A stretch of 64,000 nucleotides of DNA from Octopus vulgaris (taxonomy: Eukaryota): positions 163,866,001-163,930,000 of the forward strand of contig OX597815.1 in assembly GCA_951406725.2 (NCBI GenBank). The letters are read 5' to 3'. Made by a program: the position numbers and the translations under genes. Position 1 is the stretch's first letter. Every line of letters starts with the position of its first letter. Shown here one piece after another: positions 27,386 to 40,736 of this stretch. Below the pieces are notes generated by a model. The model did not search any database. It was not told the origin of the DNA and was given only the letters and a program-made list of their open reading frames with translations.

Positions 27386-29747
27386 GCAGATCGTCGTCCA
27401 AGTAGAATATTAACTACATACATCTCCTATGTCTCGGAAAGTCTACAAAGTATATAGTCTCAATTCCGTCTTTTTATAAGCCAAAAAAGCAACAAATAAA
27501 AGTACGATGTATATTAGTGCCGAAGTAGTTTTAGATATATAAACAACAGTAAAAAAAATTGTTATTGTATAGCTCAAGTAGGCTAGCGTGATCACATTTA
27601 TGATCATAGGTACTTCAGTTTTTTACTCACATATACTGTATCCTAAAATTACATCATCAAATGTTAAGGTTATCGCTGCAATTTTCAATAGAAAATTATT
27701 ACGACGCTTCGTATCCAAGACGCTTGCTCTAAATAAAATCAGTGCAGGCTATAGTTACTGTAGAAAATCTGTATAGTTAACGTTAACGAGTGATGTAGTA
27801 GCACTGGTAACACAGTAGAACCCTGATTTATAAAAAACGTTTAATATACTTTGCAGTATATCATGGTTGCATAGCGAAATACGATGGCCCTATAGGTCTT
27901 TAATCATCAAATGTGTATGTCTGATTTTTAAGAGGACGTAATTTTATTGAGACCTTGCTACTATTTCTAGCATACGGATTGACTGCGTAATATATTTATT
28001 TTCCCTTAATTGGCTTATATAATAAAGGTAAAATAGTATGTTAATACAGTAAATGTCATGTCAGTGGGACGTATCAGTGTACCTTTTAGTGATACAAACC
28101 CACTGCGAAATAAGGTTGTTATTGTCGTTGTCTGAGTCCTAGGTCATGTACATCTCGTTTCCTTTTTATTTGGTTTTTTTTTTCTTCTTCTGAAAACTTC
28201 AACATTGAATCTTTCGGTTCTATTGATATAATATCCACACTGAGGCTATCGATCGATCCGTCATGTTTGTTCAACGCATGTTAATAAAGTAAAGTTAAAG
28301 GTTTTCTTCCTTTCCATGTTGCTATTTCAATACACCTCAAACCTTTCATTTATGCTTCAGGCTGTCTTCTCTTATTAGCAGATTCACTGAGATTTGCACA
28401 GGAACTTTCCTAACATTGTATATATGTAGTATACGAGCTATTTGTTCTTGCAATTGATATGTAGGTTTGTCCTTCACAAATGTAATCTTTTCTCAACAAA
28501 TATGCTTGTCAAAGGAGTAAGATTTACGAATGATAGATGTGATTAAACTACCTATTTTCCTCAGGACTTCCATAAATTTGTTGACTATTTCACCACTGGG
28601 CATGACATCTACGGAAATTGCATTATCGAGTATCCTATTGACATGTTACCAACTAATCTTAGACACTATATTTTTGTCTCTAATTACTGTATTTTGAATC
28701 TTGTTATGTTGTAAACACTATTATCATAACAAGACTACTGAGGACGTACAGCATGTACACATCGTTTCTTAGTATATTTATTCTCAAGTCATTTCTTGCC
28801 TCCTTAAAAACTCTTTCTATTTCTGTGTGTGTATGTGTGTGTGAGTGTGTGCGCATGTGCATGCCTGTATGTATGTATATCTACAAGTGTAAATATGTAT
28901 GTATGCGTTGAGAGTTGAATAAGTTTTTTTTCTTTCTGAATTTGAAACAAGTGTCTACTTTAAAAGATGTTGATTTAACCATCTTTAAGCACAAGTTCGT
29001 ATTTTAGAATCAAGTGTGAGTTGATCATGGGTTTTACGTTATGTGTCTTGGAGTATCGTTGAGGATTATGCGCTTTGTCCAAATTTTGAGATGCCTGTAA
29101 CAGTGAAAACGGTTTATTTTATGCTTTTGTGGGTAGTCATACCTAACTGTTTTAAGGTAAATTACAGTGTTCCCAATTCAATTGACCATGACAACGGAAT
29201 GATCTTTTTATTCTTTTTTTATTTATTTTTGACATCAAGGTGAATGTCGTCAATAAAACAGCTGCAGTTAAAATGCAAAAACGCTAGTTTTCATCATATA
29301 ATTGACCACCGAACTACGCATAAAGATATTGGAGATAGCCCATAGAATTTCCAACTTCAATAAGTGTTATTTTTCTTTCATTTGAATAGCTTGTCATTGA
29401 ATATAAAGACATGAACCTTCAGTGTGATGTTTAACTGACACAAACATATGCTCAATCATCGTTCTTATGTTATAATTACCTGAAGATATTTAATTACATT
29501 CAGACAACATTTCCCAGCGTTTATCGTTTTTCTAACTGCTATTGTTTTTCTAATTATAATAGTGACAGTGAATCTGGTTCTTCATTGTTTGCAATATGTA
29601 GGATTAAAAGCATGCATACATTCCATAAATTGTCACTTGGAATTTACCCGTTACGTATGTCACTAACAAAATACTCATAAGTTTTACCTTCTACAAATTA
29701 GGTTGTGTTATATTACTCAATATCATCAATCAAAAACATTGCACATT

Positions 29748-29794
<47 letters not shown>

Positions 29795-29902
29795 TGATAT
29801 ATATATATATATAAAATTAATTAAGGGTAGAAATTGATATTTATCAATTAAGACCAGTGGTCTAGCATATTAAAAAAGAATCCGAAGATTAAAATATTTA
29901 TA

Positions 29903-30160
29903 TATACCAATTAAAGACTGAACACGAAAAGTGGACAGTCAACATGCTAGATATAGACGTCAAATCGCCATTCTCCACAAAAGATTATGTTTTCAGAATG
30001 GCGATTTGACGTCTATATCTAGCATGTTGACTGTCCACTTTTCGTGTTCAGTCCTTAATTGGTATAGCCATTCTCCACAAAATATTATGTTCTCAGAATG
30101 GCGATTTGACGTCTATATCTAGCATGTTGACTGTCCACTTTTCGTGTTCAGTCCTTAATT

Positions 30161-30166
<6 letters not shown>
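29903..30166. repeat. 72-bp-arm inverted repeat (29903-29974 / 29995-30066) followed by a 100-bp direct duplication (30067-30166)
   Basis: Arms differ at one position; 30067-30166 repeats 29967-30066 almost exactly. Confidence 0.95.
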
Positions 30167-30195
<29 letters not shown>

Positions 30196-30210
30196 ACACA
30201 CACACATACA

Positions 30211-30345
30211 CAGGGGTTGGACAAAATAATTGGAACACGTGTTAAATTCAATGAATATTTATTTAATATGGACTTGGTCTTCATTTAGCTTTCGGAACAG
30301 CTTCGATGCGTCTAGAAATTGATTTATACGGCTTCCTGGCTTCAT
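30211..30345 (+). mobile_element. Tc1-like DNA transposon terminal fragment
   Basis: CAGGGGTTGGACAAAATAATTGGAACAC resembles Tc1-family TIR starts; no partner TIR seen. Confidence 0.45.
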
Positions 30346-31492
30346 CTTAAACTTCAAAGTAGGAACACAGCACTTTCTATATTATATCTGTTAAGATCAA
30401 CAATTGGATGAGTGACTCCCGAAAAAAATTTGAATTCACTTCACACACACACACGTAAAAGCACACACAAATTGACTTACGTATACTGCAACGTTCAACA
30501 AATCAGATGTGAAGATATTATACCAATTATTATTGTAATTATAATGGACAGGAAATACCTGAGCATACAGACATACACACAAGCATATATAAGCGCACAT
30601 TTGGAGGTAGCTTCAAATATTTTGAGGCGACATACTTAACTTGAAGAAAATACGCCATTTTGAATTATTGTCAAAGATACCCTGGGCTGAAAATGATAGG
30701 ATCACCCTACCTCTGCGTGTGTGTGTTTGTGTGTGTGCGTGTGCGTGTGCGTGTGTGTGTGTGTGTGGCTGAGTGACAGTACGTGTGCAGGGACTTCTTG
30801 ACAGTTATCGTCCGAGCCTCCAAACAAAGCAATACACATGGCCCCTGCTTACTCAATAACAACACACACGGGTTAGTTTAAGTTAGGATCTAGTCCCTAG
30901 ACCCATAGAACCACTGACCAACTTAGTGGGGTAATCATGCATTTAGACCAGATCTCTGTGTATATATTTGTGTGCGTGTGCGTGTGTACATGTATATATG
31001 CATTTATGTGTTTGTGTGTATGTGTATACACGTGTACGCTCGTCATTCATTTTATTCACTAAACTACCTGTATACCTGTCTGACTGCCTGTTCTCATATT
31101 TCTTCCCACTTCCTTCACATTTAAATCGTCTATGATTCCTGCCATTATTTCTTCATTCATTCATACTGTCAGCTACTCTGTTACCAATTCCTTATCTCTT
31201 TGTCTCTTGCTCTTCTTTACTTTCTTCCACACACTATATGTACATCTTTCTATATATCTATATATCTATAGATCTATTTATCATTCTATACATTGTACAT
31301 CTATATTTTCTATACTTGTACATCTTTCTATATATAAATCTATATATCTTACTTCCACATATTTGTACATCTCTCTATATATCTACTTACTACACATGCC
31401 TCTATTGACTTATGTTATCAATCCCTCTTTCTGTCTCCTATATCGCTATATCTCCATATAAATGTGTGTGTGTGTGTATTTGTGTGTGTGTA

Positions 31493-31532
<40 letters not shown>

Positions 31533-31702
31533 GGTGACCGTTTGTACCTAGGAATAGGGAAAAAAATATACTTAGCGCCTAAAGTGGAGTGTGTGTATTT
31601 GTGTGTGTGTTTTGCATATATATTAAATTATACATACACATTCACCCAGGCACATATATACATGCATACATACAAACATTCATGCATATATATGTACATA
31701 TG

Positions 31703-31767
<65 letters not shown>

Positions 31768-31974
31768 TTGTGTGTCTGTGTATGCACACTTATTCTACAC
31801 ACACACTAAGATAACTATCTATATCTCTGTGTGTGTATAATGGGGGTGGCTTATTCGTAATTTTACAACCGAAAGGCAGAAATATAGACGTCACTATGAA
31901 ATCAGCGTGTCATTTCTATAGTAGTCTTATAAACTGACAAGGCGAGTTGAGCTTATCCCTAGGCGCTGGGTGAG

Positions 31975-32023
31975 AACCACTGACGAGCATTAATAAAAAT
32001 GCGAAATCACTGGTGGTCTGGCT
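31975..32023 (+). ncRNA. Type I hammerhead ribozyme motif with canonical core
   Basis: aacca-CTGACGA-gcatt-aataaa-aatgc-GAA-Atcac-tg-gtggT-C^tggct. All conserved core bases present, perfect 5-bp stem II, 5-bp stem III with one GU pair, GUC triplet, short stem I. Confidence 0.75.
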
Positions 32024-32217
32024 ATGCCAGGACGCTGTAAGGAGCTTGCCTCCCTTGTCTGTCATGTGGCTATGAGTTGCTTTGAGTCTTATTTCTAGCA
32101 ATATTGGTACTGACTAGTGCCCTCAGCCACTTTAGTGATATATATATATATATATGTATATGTTTATATACATACACATAGATATACATATAAATATACA
32201 TACATACATACACACAC

Positions 32218-32248
<31 letters not shown>

Positions 32249-32359
32249 TACGCACATATACCACATTGAAACAAGGTGGGTAAAACTAGTATTCGAATAC
32301 AGGAGGTAGAGTGATATGCTTTATTATTAAAGCTGCAAAATCATCACAAAAAACTTATA

Positions 32360-32704
32360 TTTATATATATATATATATGTATAATATATATATATGTATG
32401 ATATATATATGTATGCTATATATATGTATGTATGATATATATATGTATGTATGATATATATATGTATGTATGATATATATATGTATGTATGATATATATA
32501 TGTATGTATGATATATATATGTATGTATGAAATATATATGTATGTATGATATATATATATATGTATGTATGATATATATATGTATGTATGATATATATAT
32601 ATATATGTATGTATGTATGATATATATATATATATGTATGTATGTATGATATATATATATATATGTATGTATGTATGATATATATATATATGTATGTATG
32701 TATG

Positions 32705-32737
<33 letters not shown>

Positions 32738-32810
32738 ATATATATATATATATGTATGTATGATATATATGTATATATATAAAACATATATATATATATA
32801 TATATATATG
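32360..32810. repeat. Compound minisatellite [(TA)n-TGTATGTATGA]n
   Basis: Directly visible. Confidence 0.9.
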
Positions 32811-33225
32811 CATAGACACACATACACATAGAGAGATAGATAGATAGACAAACATATGTGTATATATGTTTAAATATTAAATATATATACGTATGTATGT
32901 ATGTATACACACACACACAATATGTATCGATCGATCGATTGAGTCTCCCCATTCAGCCCTCCTGTCTCCGCAACAAAGCCACAGAAGGTATATCTGAGAT
33001 TGATGGCATGTCTAAGGAATAGTAAATAAGGGAATATATCTAAAATGTAAGTAGTCTACACTGTCTACTACTGTGAAAAACCATCCTGTTGCAACCACCA
33101 CCACTAACACAGCCAACAACACCAGCACCACCACTGTCATTTCCCCCGCAATACTACCAGCGTGACCACCCCCATCATCATCATCGTCATCGTCATCATC
33201 ATCAGCAGTAGTAGTATTGGTTGTG

Positions 33226-33277
<52 letters not shown>

Positions 33278-33524
33278 GGCAGAGAACTGAGTGGCGGAGT
33301 GTTGTTCAATAGCCAACTGTTTATTGATTAAAGCGGCTTAAGAGGAGAACAAAAACATTAAATATCAAAAGAATAAAAGTCGGCTAAATATCACTGCAGA
33401 TATCCACACGTTCATATACAACAATATCGTCGTGGAAGTCAGAAGCAGGGTTGATAGCCTCGTGGAGATAACGAAGTGTGTTTCTGCGTGCGTGTGTGTA
33501 TGTGTGTGTGTGTGACATGGTTTA

Positions 33525-33941
33525 ATATTTTGGAACAAGGTCTATAATTTCGGCAGAGCGGGTAAGTGGATTAAATTTTCTCCACCGTGTGCAACTGGTA
33601 CTTATTTTATCGGAAATCGAAGGGATGGAAGGCAAAGTCGGCCTCACCGGAATTTGAACTCAAAACATGAAGACGGATGAAATTCCGTTAAACATTTTGT
33701 CCGGTATGCTAACGATGCTGCCAGTTCGCCGCCTTAATAATAATGATTTCAAATTTTGACACAATGCCAACAACTTCGGGAGAGGGATTGATTCGATTAC
33801 AGCGACTAACTGTGTTCAACCCCCGAAAGGATCAAAGACGAAGTAGTACTTGGTGGAATTTGAACTCAGAACGTGTAGACGGACGAAATGCCACTAAGCC
33901 TTTTGCCCGGAGTACTAACGATTTTGCCAGCTCACCGCCTT
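33525..33941 (-). mobile_element. Two SINE family A copies in tandem
   Basis: Reverse-complement heads TGCCAG(T/C)TC(G/A)CCGCCTT near 33736 and 33941, each with GAATTTGAACTC (B box). Confidence 0.75.
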
Positions 33942-34619
33942 ACACGCATGTATGAAATATGAATGTACGTTAACTCTTCCCGATTGTTGTATTAGAGTAT
34001 ACCAGCTACACGAGTGGAAAAGTTTCACTTTATATCTGTACTTCTTTCTGGGGTGAATCTGGAAGTAGATGCAGGCATAATTGAAAGCATGTTATATATT
34101 AGGTTCAAAAACCCTTTATTAGAAGGAAAGTCAAAGCTACAGACAGCGTACGAACCGGCATCTTCCTATTTCCGTTTGAGTAGATAATTTTATAGATCGT
34201 CATAACGTTGTTTTGACATGTTTCTACAACGATTAGGACTATGACTTATGTTTAGTACCATAGTAAAGGTTATTTACAGCGAAACAAACTTGTTTCGTTA
34301 TGTTACAAATTGCGATTAAGTTTTCGATTTCATTTTATGGTTAAGGTTGTCAAGAACGTGATACTCTTTCACACGTCATAATTTTGGCGGGTTAACGGCT
34401 GGATAGGAAAGTTATAAAGAACAGACATCAAATTAAATTATTTTTAACTAAGAAAAACAAGAAAACGTCTTTTTTATCGTCTTGCGTGCAACGATTCACC
34501 CTTTTAAGTCTTGAAGATTCTTATTGTCCCAGATGTCATGGCCACTACTGTTCTTTTAAGTATCCGAGTGCAACCATACTTTGATCTAGACGAGATAGTA
34601 TATATATTTCTATCCAATA

Positions 34620-34810
34620 ATGGTTTCCAATTATGGCACACGTCCAGCAAGTTCGACGGAGGGGGTTAAACAATTACATTGAACCCTTTGCTCAACTGGC
34701 ACTTATTCTATCGTTCCCGAAAGGATGAAACGCAAATTCGACTCCAGCGGGATTTGAACTTAGAACATTAGGACGGACGAAATAGCGCTAAGAATTTTGC
34801 CCGACGTACT
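34620..34810 (-). mobile_element. SINE family A, degenerate
   Basis: CCCGAAAGGATGAAA..CAAA.TCGAC...ATTTGAACT. Confidence 0.7.
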
Positions 34811-35120
34811 TACCACATCAATATAAAAAACAGGCTGTCGTACTTACCACACCCATATAAAAAAAAACAGGCTGACTGTTATTTGTGACCCCAAATAACA
34901 ATAGTTGCATTGTATATACGAAGTTCGATTTGCAAGCATGAGCTCATAGGTTCGATCTCCCACCTTGTCAACTTGTGATTATCTTCTTTTCATAGCCTCT
35001 TGTCGACCCATTTATTATAGAAGAATAATGTACAGAAGTCTGTCAGCCGCCTACACAGGATTGAACGCATAAGTATATTACAGTATATTACATACACGGG
35101 AACATTTCAGGTAATTCGCA

Positions 35121-35176
35121 AGCTCAGTCAATGTGACACAGCGTGGTGTTCCACGCTGTGTCACATTGACTGAGCT
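35121..35176. repeat. Perfect 26-bp-arm hairpin
   Basis: AGCTCAGTCAATGTGACACAGCGTGG-TGTT-CCACGCTGTGTCACATTGACTGAGCT. Confidence 0.95.
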
Positions 35177-36788
35177 GTCTGTAATATACTTACAACAGAA
35201 GTAGGCTCTACTAAAATCATCAAACTATCAAGTGATTAAAGTTACACAGGATGGCAGAGTATGATCAGCATCCAAGGACGATTACAATGCGTTCGACTGA
35301 CCTCCAAACAGTTTTCGTTATCAAATATTACTACTGTCAGCTTAGAGCAATTGCTTCACTCCTTATTTGCGTACTTCCTTGCGTGTAGTTTTGTATTTAA
35401 ATATTTAAATGTTTAAACCTGTGTTTAAATGTTTATGTACGTCTCTGTGTAACTGAGCTTATATCTGTTTAAACAGTATATGTGTAAATACTTAAATGCC
35501 TCACTTAATACGCTTTCGCTCACAAAGCTTGAGTCGAATCAAGGCCATGGTAGACGACACAGGCCTAAAGTTCAAAGTTTTGGGATTGAAACTGGAATTA
35601 GGTGATTGTGGGTAGTTGTTCATTATTTGTGCATTCCCTTTTAGAAGCAGAAACGTTGTGAAGTAGAGGCACGTAAAGTTGTGAAGTAGAGTATAAGTAA
35701 AATGAATTCATACAGCTAACGAGACTTTGCTATATGGCCAGCTATAATCAGTTATACATTTCGCTCAGAAAGATTATCCCTGTATCATTCAGATGAGATG
35801 AAGCACTTTAAATTGTTGGTATTGGCTACTATAATAACTGACTTTCATATTTCCACCGTCGTTGTACAGAAATTGTCCTTCAGACGAGAAAAGACGGAAT
35901 TCACATAAGACTAAACCGGATAATCAAGTTAACGTGATTTATGAATCGTTATTGGATGGTTGCAATTGTATATAAACTTTTCCAATACAAAACATATAAT
36001 CATGAGCACTATCTGCCAGAAATGTATTCGTTGAACTTTGTAATAATAATAACTTCATGCTTTAACACTTGGTCGCAAAGATATTCAGAAAAGGAGATAT
36101 ACCTGGTGTTTATGGGGAGATCTTTCCGGTTTCATAGTGATCAAAGGCGAAGTCGATCTGAACACAAATTGTAACATAATTGTAATATAAAGCATTGCAG
36201 AACTGAGGAATTTTCTTGTATCTTCCACTCCGTGTGTACAACATCAGTTGTAGAGTTACAGTTTCTTATTTCTAATATGAAAAATGCGTTTAGTTTGGTT
36301 AGTTTCTGTTACCACACCAAGGACATACTGGTGCACCAGCTTTTTGTCCTTTTTTTTTTTGGCAGTGTGCAATTCTAAGGATTTTGTATTTTCATCAGTG
36401 AGTGTGATAGTTTTCGGTCACAGGACCTCCTTCAGTGGAATCATCTTCTTTAATGTTGACTATTCACGGCAATGAGATTTTCTCTTGTATTAAACAGTCA
36501 ATACCAGCACAGAAATTAGTTTTTGAAGTTTCGATTTCGATTTCCGCTTCAAACAAAAATACTTACTGTGTAAATTTGAAATAACGGGTAAATCTCCCTG
36601 AAATCATACACTATTGTCTATGAGGAGGTCAAGACTGGAACTGCCATTGATCATTGACCTGTTCGATTAGGGTTGACATAAAACCTAATTAACAATAAGA
36701 ACAGCCATCAACATCATCAAAAGCTATTATCATTGCCAACATCATTGACATGACACTAACAATACTCTCATTTCTTCTTCTTCTTCTC

Positions 36789-36831
<43 letters not shown>

Positions 36832-36957
36832 CGAGTTCAGTCCTATAGTTCCATCACGTGGCACCTCAGGCAAGTGTCTCTTACTATAGCCGCGGGGCAG
36901 CCAAAGCATTGTCAGCGGATTTGTCAGAGGGAAACTGAATGACAGAAACAAGTAAAT

Positions 36958-36991
<34 letters not shown>

Positions 36992-37009
36992 TAAATAAAA
37001 TAAAACATA

Positions 37010-37058
<49 letters not shown>

Positions 37059-37750
37059 GAGCGCGTATATATGTATGTTTTATGCATGTGTGTATATCTA
37101 TATGGTTGTGTTTGTGTATATAGACATATATCTATACATAATGTGAAAAGCAATGCGATGATGTAACAAACATGCAAACGCACACACACACACACTCTGA
37201 CACACACGCTCACACACACACACACACATTTTTATATAATATTCTTATGAAGAGGAGAACGGTGGTCAGTACTGTCAGCCATCAATCACTGCATCAGCCC
37301 AGGAACAGTACGTTTCATACTTTAGTACAATACATAAAAATAAACCACATTACTTCACTGGTGATTGAAATATCAGCCGGTTTGAATTTAGATTTCATTG
37401 CTACATACTCCATAAAATATGCAATAAATAATAGAAGAACGACAATTCAATCGTCATCACATTCTCACCTGCAAAATTTGTCCCTTTGCCGAGACAAAAG
37501 AAATCAATAGTTCTATGTACATACACTGTATCATGTAATCTCTTCTCTTGCAGCTTTAGAAAGCATTTATATCGAGGAAATAGTACTAAAACACTCCACA
37601 CAGCAGTTTGGTTCACTATCTGTCTGTCTGTGAGTTCATCTGTCTATCCATCTGTGTATCTATCTGATAATCTATCCGACTGTCTGTCTGTCTGTTAGTT
37701 TGTCTGCTTGCTGTGACTTTGATCTTGTCTTTGTTCCTGCAATTCTGCAC

Positions 37751-37795
<45 letters not shown>

Positions 37796-37856
37796 ATGTA
37801 CTATTATTCACAGACTCAGAAACACATACACACGCAAACGCCTTTATGTACATACA

Positions 37857-37905
<49 letters not shown>

Positions 37906-37925
37906 AGAGAGAGAGAGAGAGAGAA

Positions 37926-38290
37926 ACGTAGGAGTGGCTGTGTGGTAAGTAACTTACTAACCAACCACATGGTTTCGGTTTCAGTCCCTGGGCAAGTATC
38001 TTCTACTATAGCCTTGTGCCGACCAAAGCCTTGTGAGTGAATTTGGTAGACGGAAACTGAAAGAAGCCCGTTGTATATATGTATATGTGTGTCTGTATGT
38101 ATGTTTGTGTATGTGTGTGTATGTATGTTTGTGTTTGTCCCCACAATATCGCTGACAACATATACTGGTGTGTTTACGTCCCTGTAACTTAGCGGTTCGG
38201 CAAAAGATACCGATAGAATACGTACTATTCGACTAAAGGCGTTGCTCCCGTGTGGCCGCCGCAGTCAAATGACTGAAACAAATAAAATAA
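37926..38290 (+). mobile_element. SINE family B
   Basis: Head CGTAGGAGTGGCTGTGTGGTAAG, tail GCAGTCAAATGACTGAAAC. A further partial copy follows at 38360-38575. Confidence 0.8.
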
Positions 38291-38811
38291 TAAAAGAATA
38301 TGTATATATATATATTTCTTTGTATATTTCTATATGTATATATATTCTATATATATGTATGTGCACATGGGTGTGTGTGTTTGTGCTTGTATTTTCTTCA
38401 CCAAGTTTTGACAACCGGTATTGATTTATTTACTTCCTTGTAAATTAGCGTCCAGCAAAGTGAGTCAGATAGAATAAAAAAATAAGTAATGGAGTTGATG
38501 TGTTTGACTAAACCCTTCAAGGTGCTGCCTTAGCATGACCACCGTCCAAGAAGCAAGTAAAAGTTAAACGATAAAAAGATATATATATATATATATAAGG
38601 TCCTAGTATGGTGTAAATTTAGAGTATTTCCAGAGAAGCTCTCAACCCGAATAATGGGCTATCAGCTTTATGGGATTCCAGGCCAAAGCCGGAATTCTTT
38701 AGGTGTAGAAAATCCATGTTACACGGCAATCACGTCGTAGACTGGATTTGGCGAAATGTAAATAATCCAAATAATAAAAAGTCAAAGAAAATTCTTTAAC
38801 GCTTCTTTAAT

Positions 38812-38927
38812 GATTCGTTACAATTGTTTCTGCACCAACTCTACAGTTTACGCACAAATTCGAAGTGAAAACTTATGTAATATTTGATGATTTAGACATA
38901 AGAGAGACGCTTCATCAGACTTGCATC
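38812..38927 (-). ncRNA. Degenerate hammerhead-like motif with a long stem II loop
   Basis: Minus strand agt-CTGATGA-agcgtc...(~70 nt)...ggtgca-GAA-ACAATTGT-A^acg. Palindromic stem III and GUA triplet; stem I weak. Confidence 0.4.
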
Positions 38928-40390
38928 AAAGGTGTGTTGTTACATTTTGCGTCTTCCAAAAAATACGTAGGATATATATGCCACGTAGTATATATATGCC
39001 AAAACTAGACACCAATACCCAAGCGCTAAACCGAATAAGATTAATTATGAAGAAGATCTAACCAGTACCAATGTAAGTGATTGTCACAAACTATGAATCC
39101 TCAAACACTTTCCACTTAACAAAAACGAAGGACAACTCAGAATAGCGAGACTAAGATATAAGAACTTCACAATTAAGCGTAACAAATTTGTATTTCCTTC
39201 ATCAACTGCCAAACGGATATCACTGTGATTTCGACACCAGAACAAGACCATTCAGTCCGGCGATATAAAACAACTTTTAAAAAATATAATAAGTGAACAA
39301 TTATTTTTTTTTTATTGTTTCAGCTCAGAGCTGCGGCCATGCTGATGCAACGCCGTTAAAATTATTATTAACTTATATATGCAAAATAATTTTTATAAAA
39401 CAAAAAGCTTATTTCAAAACGGACAATGAGACAATGCAACGGACATAGACTACTAGATGCATTGTTTTTCATTCTACATCACATCAGAAATACGATATCA
39501 CCCCAAAAGCATAAACAATGTCTTCGAACAATGTACAAGGAAAAAGACTAGCTTAGATCAATATCTATGAAATGAGTTCAATACTATAAAATATATTGAC
39601 CAAATGAATTGCTTATCAAACCTAAAATATAAAACCTAAAAATATAAAAACGAATTAGACTTCAATTATACACGCACACACACTCATATAATGAGAGAGA
39701 GAGAGAGGGGGAAATGCATACATACATATAAACATACATACATAAAATAGAGTGATATCAACATATCGATAGAGACATAGGGAAAGGTGAATGATTGCAT
39801 ATGTACTGATACGTGTCTGTTTTATACACACACAACATAAATATATGTATATACATACACACATATATGTGTGTGAGTGTGTTTGTGTATCAGTGTGCAT
39901 GCATGCCAATGTGTGTGTGTGCGTGTGAGTGTTTCCTAATACAATCAATCCAGCCAGATATATCTGCTTTGTCCGCAGGCGCATTAGAGAGAGTCTCTGA
40001 TATGCCTGCGGACGAAACAGAATATCTATTGCGTTAGACTCATTGTCTTTAATAAACATATTGAATAAAACTCAAACTTCTGACCTGGAGTTCTTTATTC
40101 AAAATCATCTGATCAATGACCTCATCATGTTGCTGTACACTGGTAACACCAGCTTTCGCGCGCGCGCGCGCGCGTGTGTGTGTATTTGGGCGTGTGTAAT
40201 AATGAACTCAAATAAAATTATATTCGTTTCAAATTTTGGCACAAGGCCAGCAATTTCGGTGGAGTGAGTAAGTCGGTTACATCAACCTCATTACACAACT
40301 GATGCTTATTTTATCAACCCGGAAAGGATGAAAAGCAAATTCCACCTCGGTGGAATACGAAATCAGAACGTGAATACACATACACACAAG

Positions 40391-40433
<43 letters not shown>

Positions 40434-40435
40434 TA

Positions 40436-40643
40436 GTGAGTAGACAAACGAAAGAAGTGCACTCAACACATTTATTGGGAGTTACATGCATGGATCAAGC
40501 CAATTTGATTCAGAATCTTTGGTATTCGGAGTTTCAAGCGTGTCGCTAGTCTTCCGCCATTGGATTCTGAATCCAATGGCCGAAAACTAGCGACACACTT
40601 GAAACTCAGAGTACCAAGGAGTTTGAATTAAACTGTTCTGATC
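40436..40643. mobile_element. Palindromic (foldback/MITE-like) element
   Basis: 75-bp imperfect arms symmetric about 40568. The left terminus GTGAGTAGACAAA reappears as its reverse complement at the end of a second copy (60817-60970). Confidence 0.75.
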
Positions 40644-40657
40644 TCTCTCTCTCTCTC

Positions 40658-40736
<79 letters not shown>

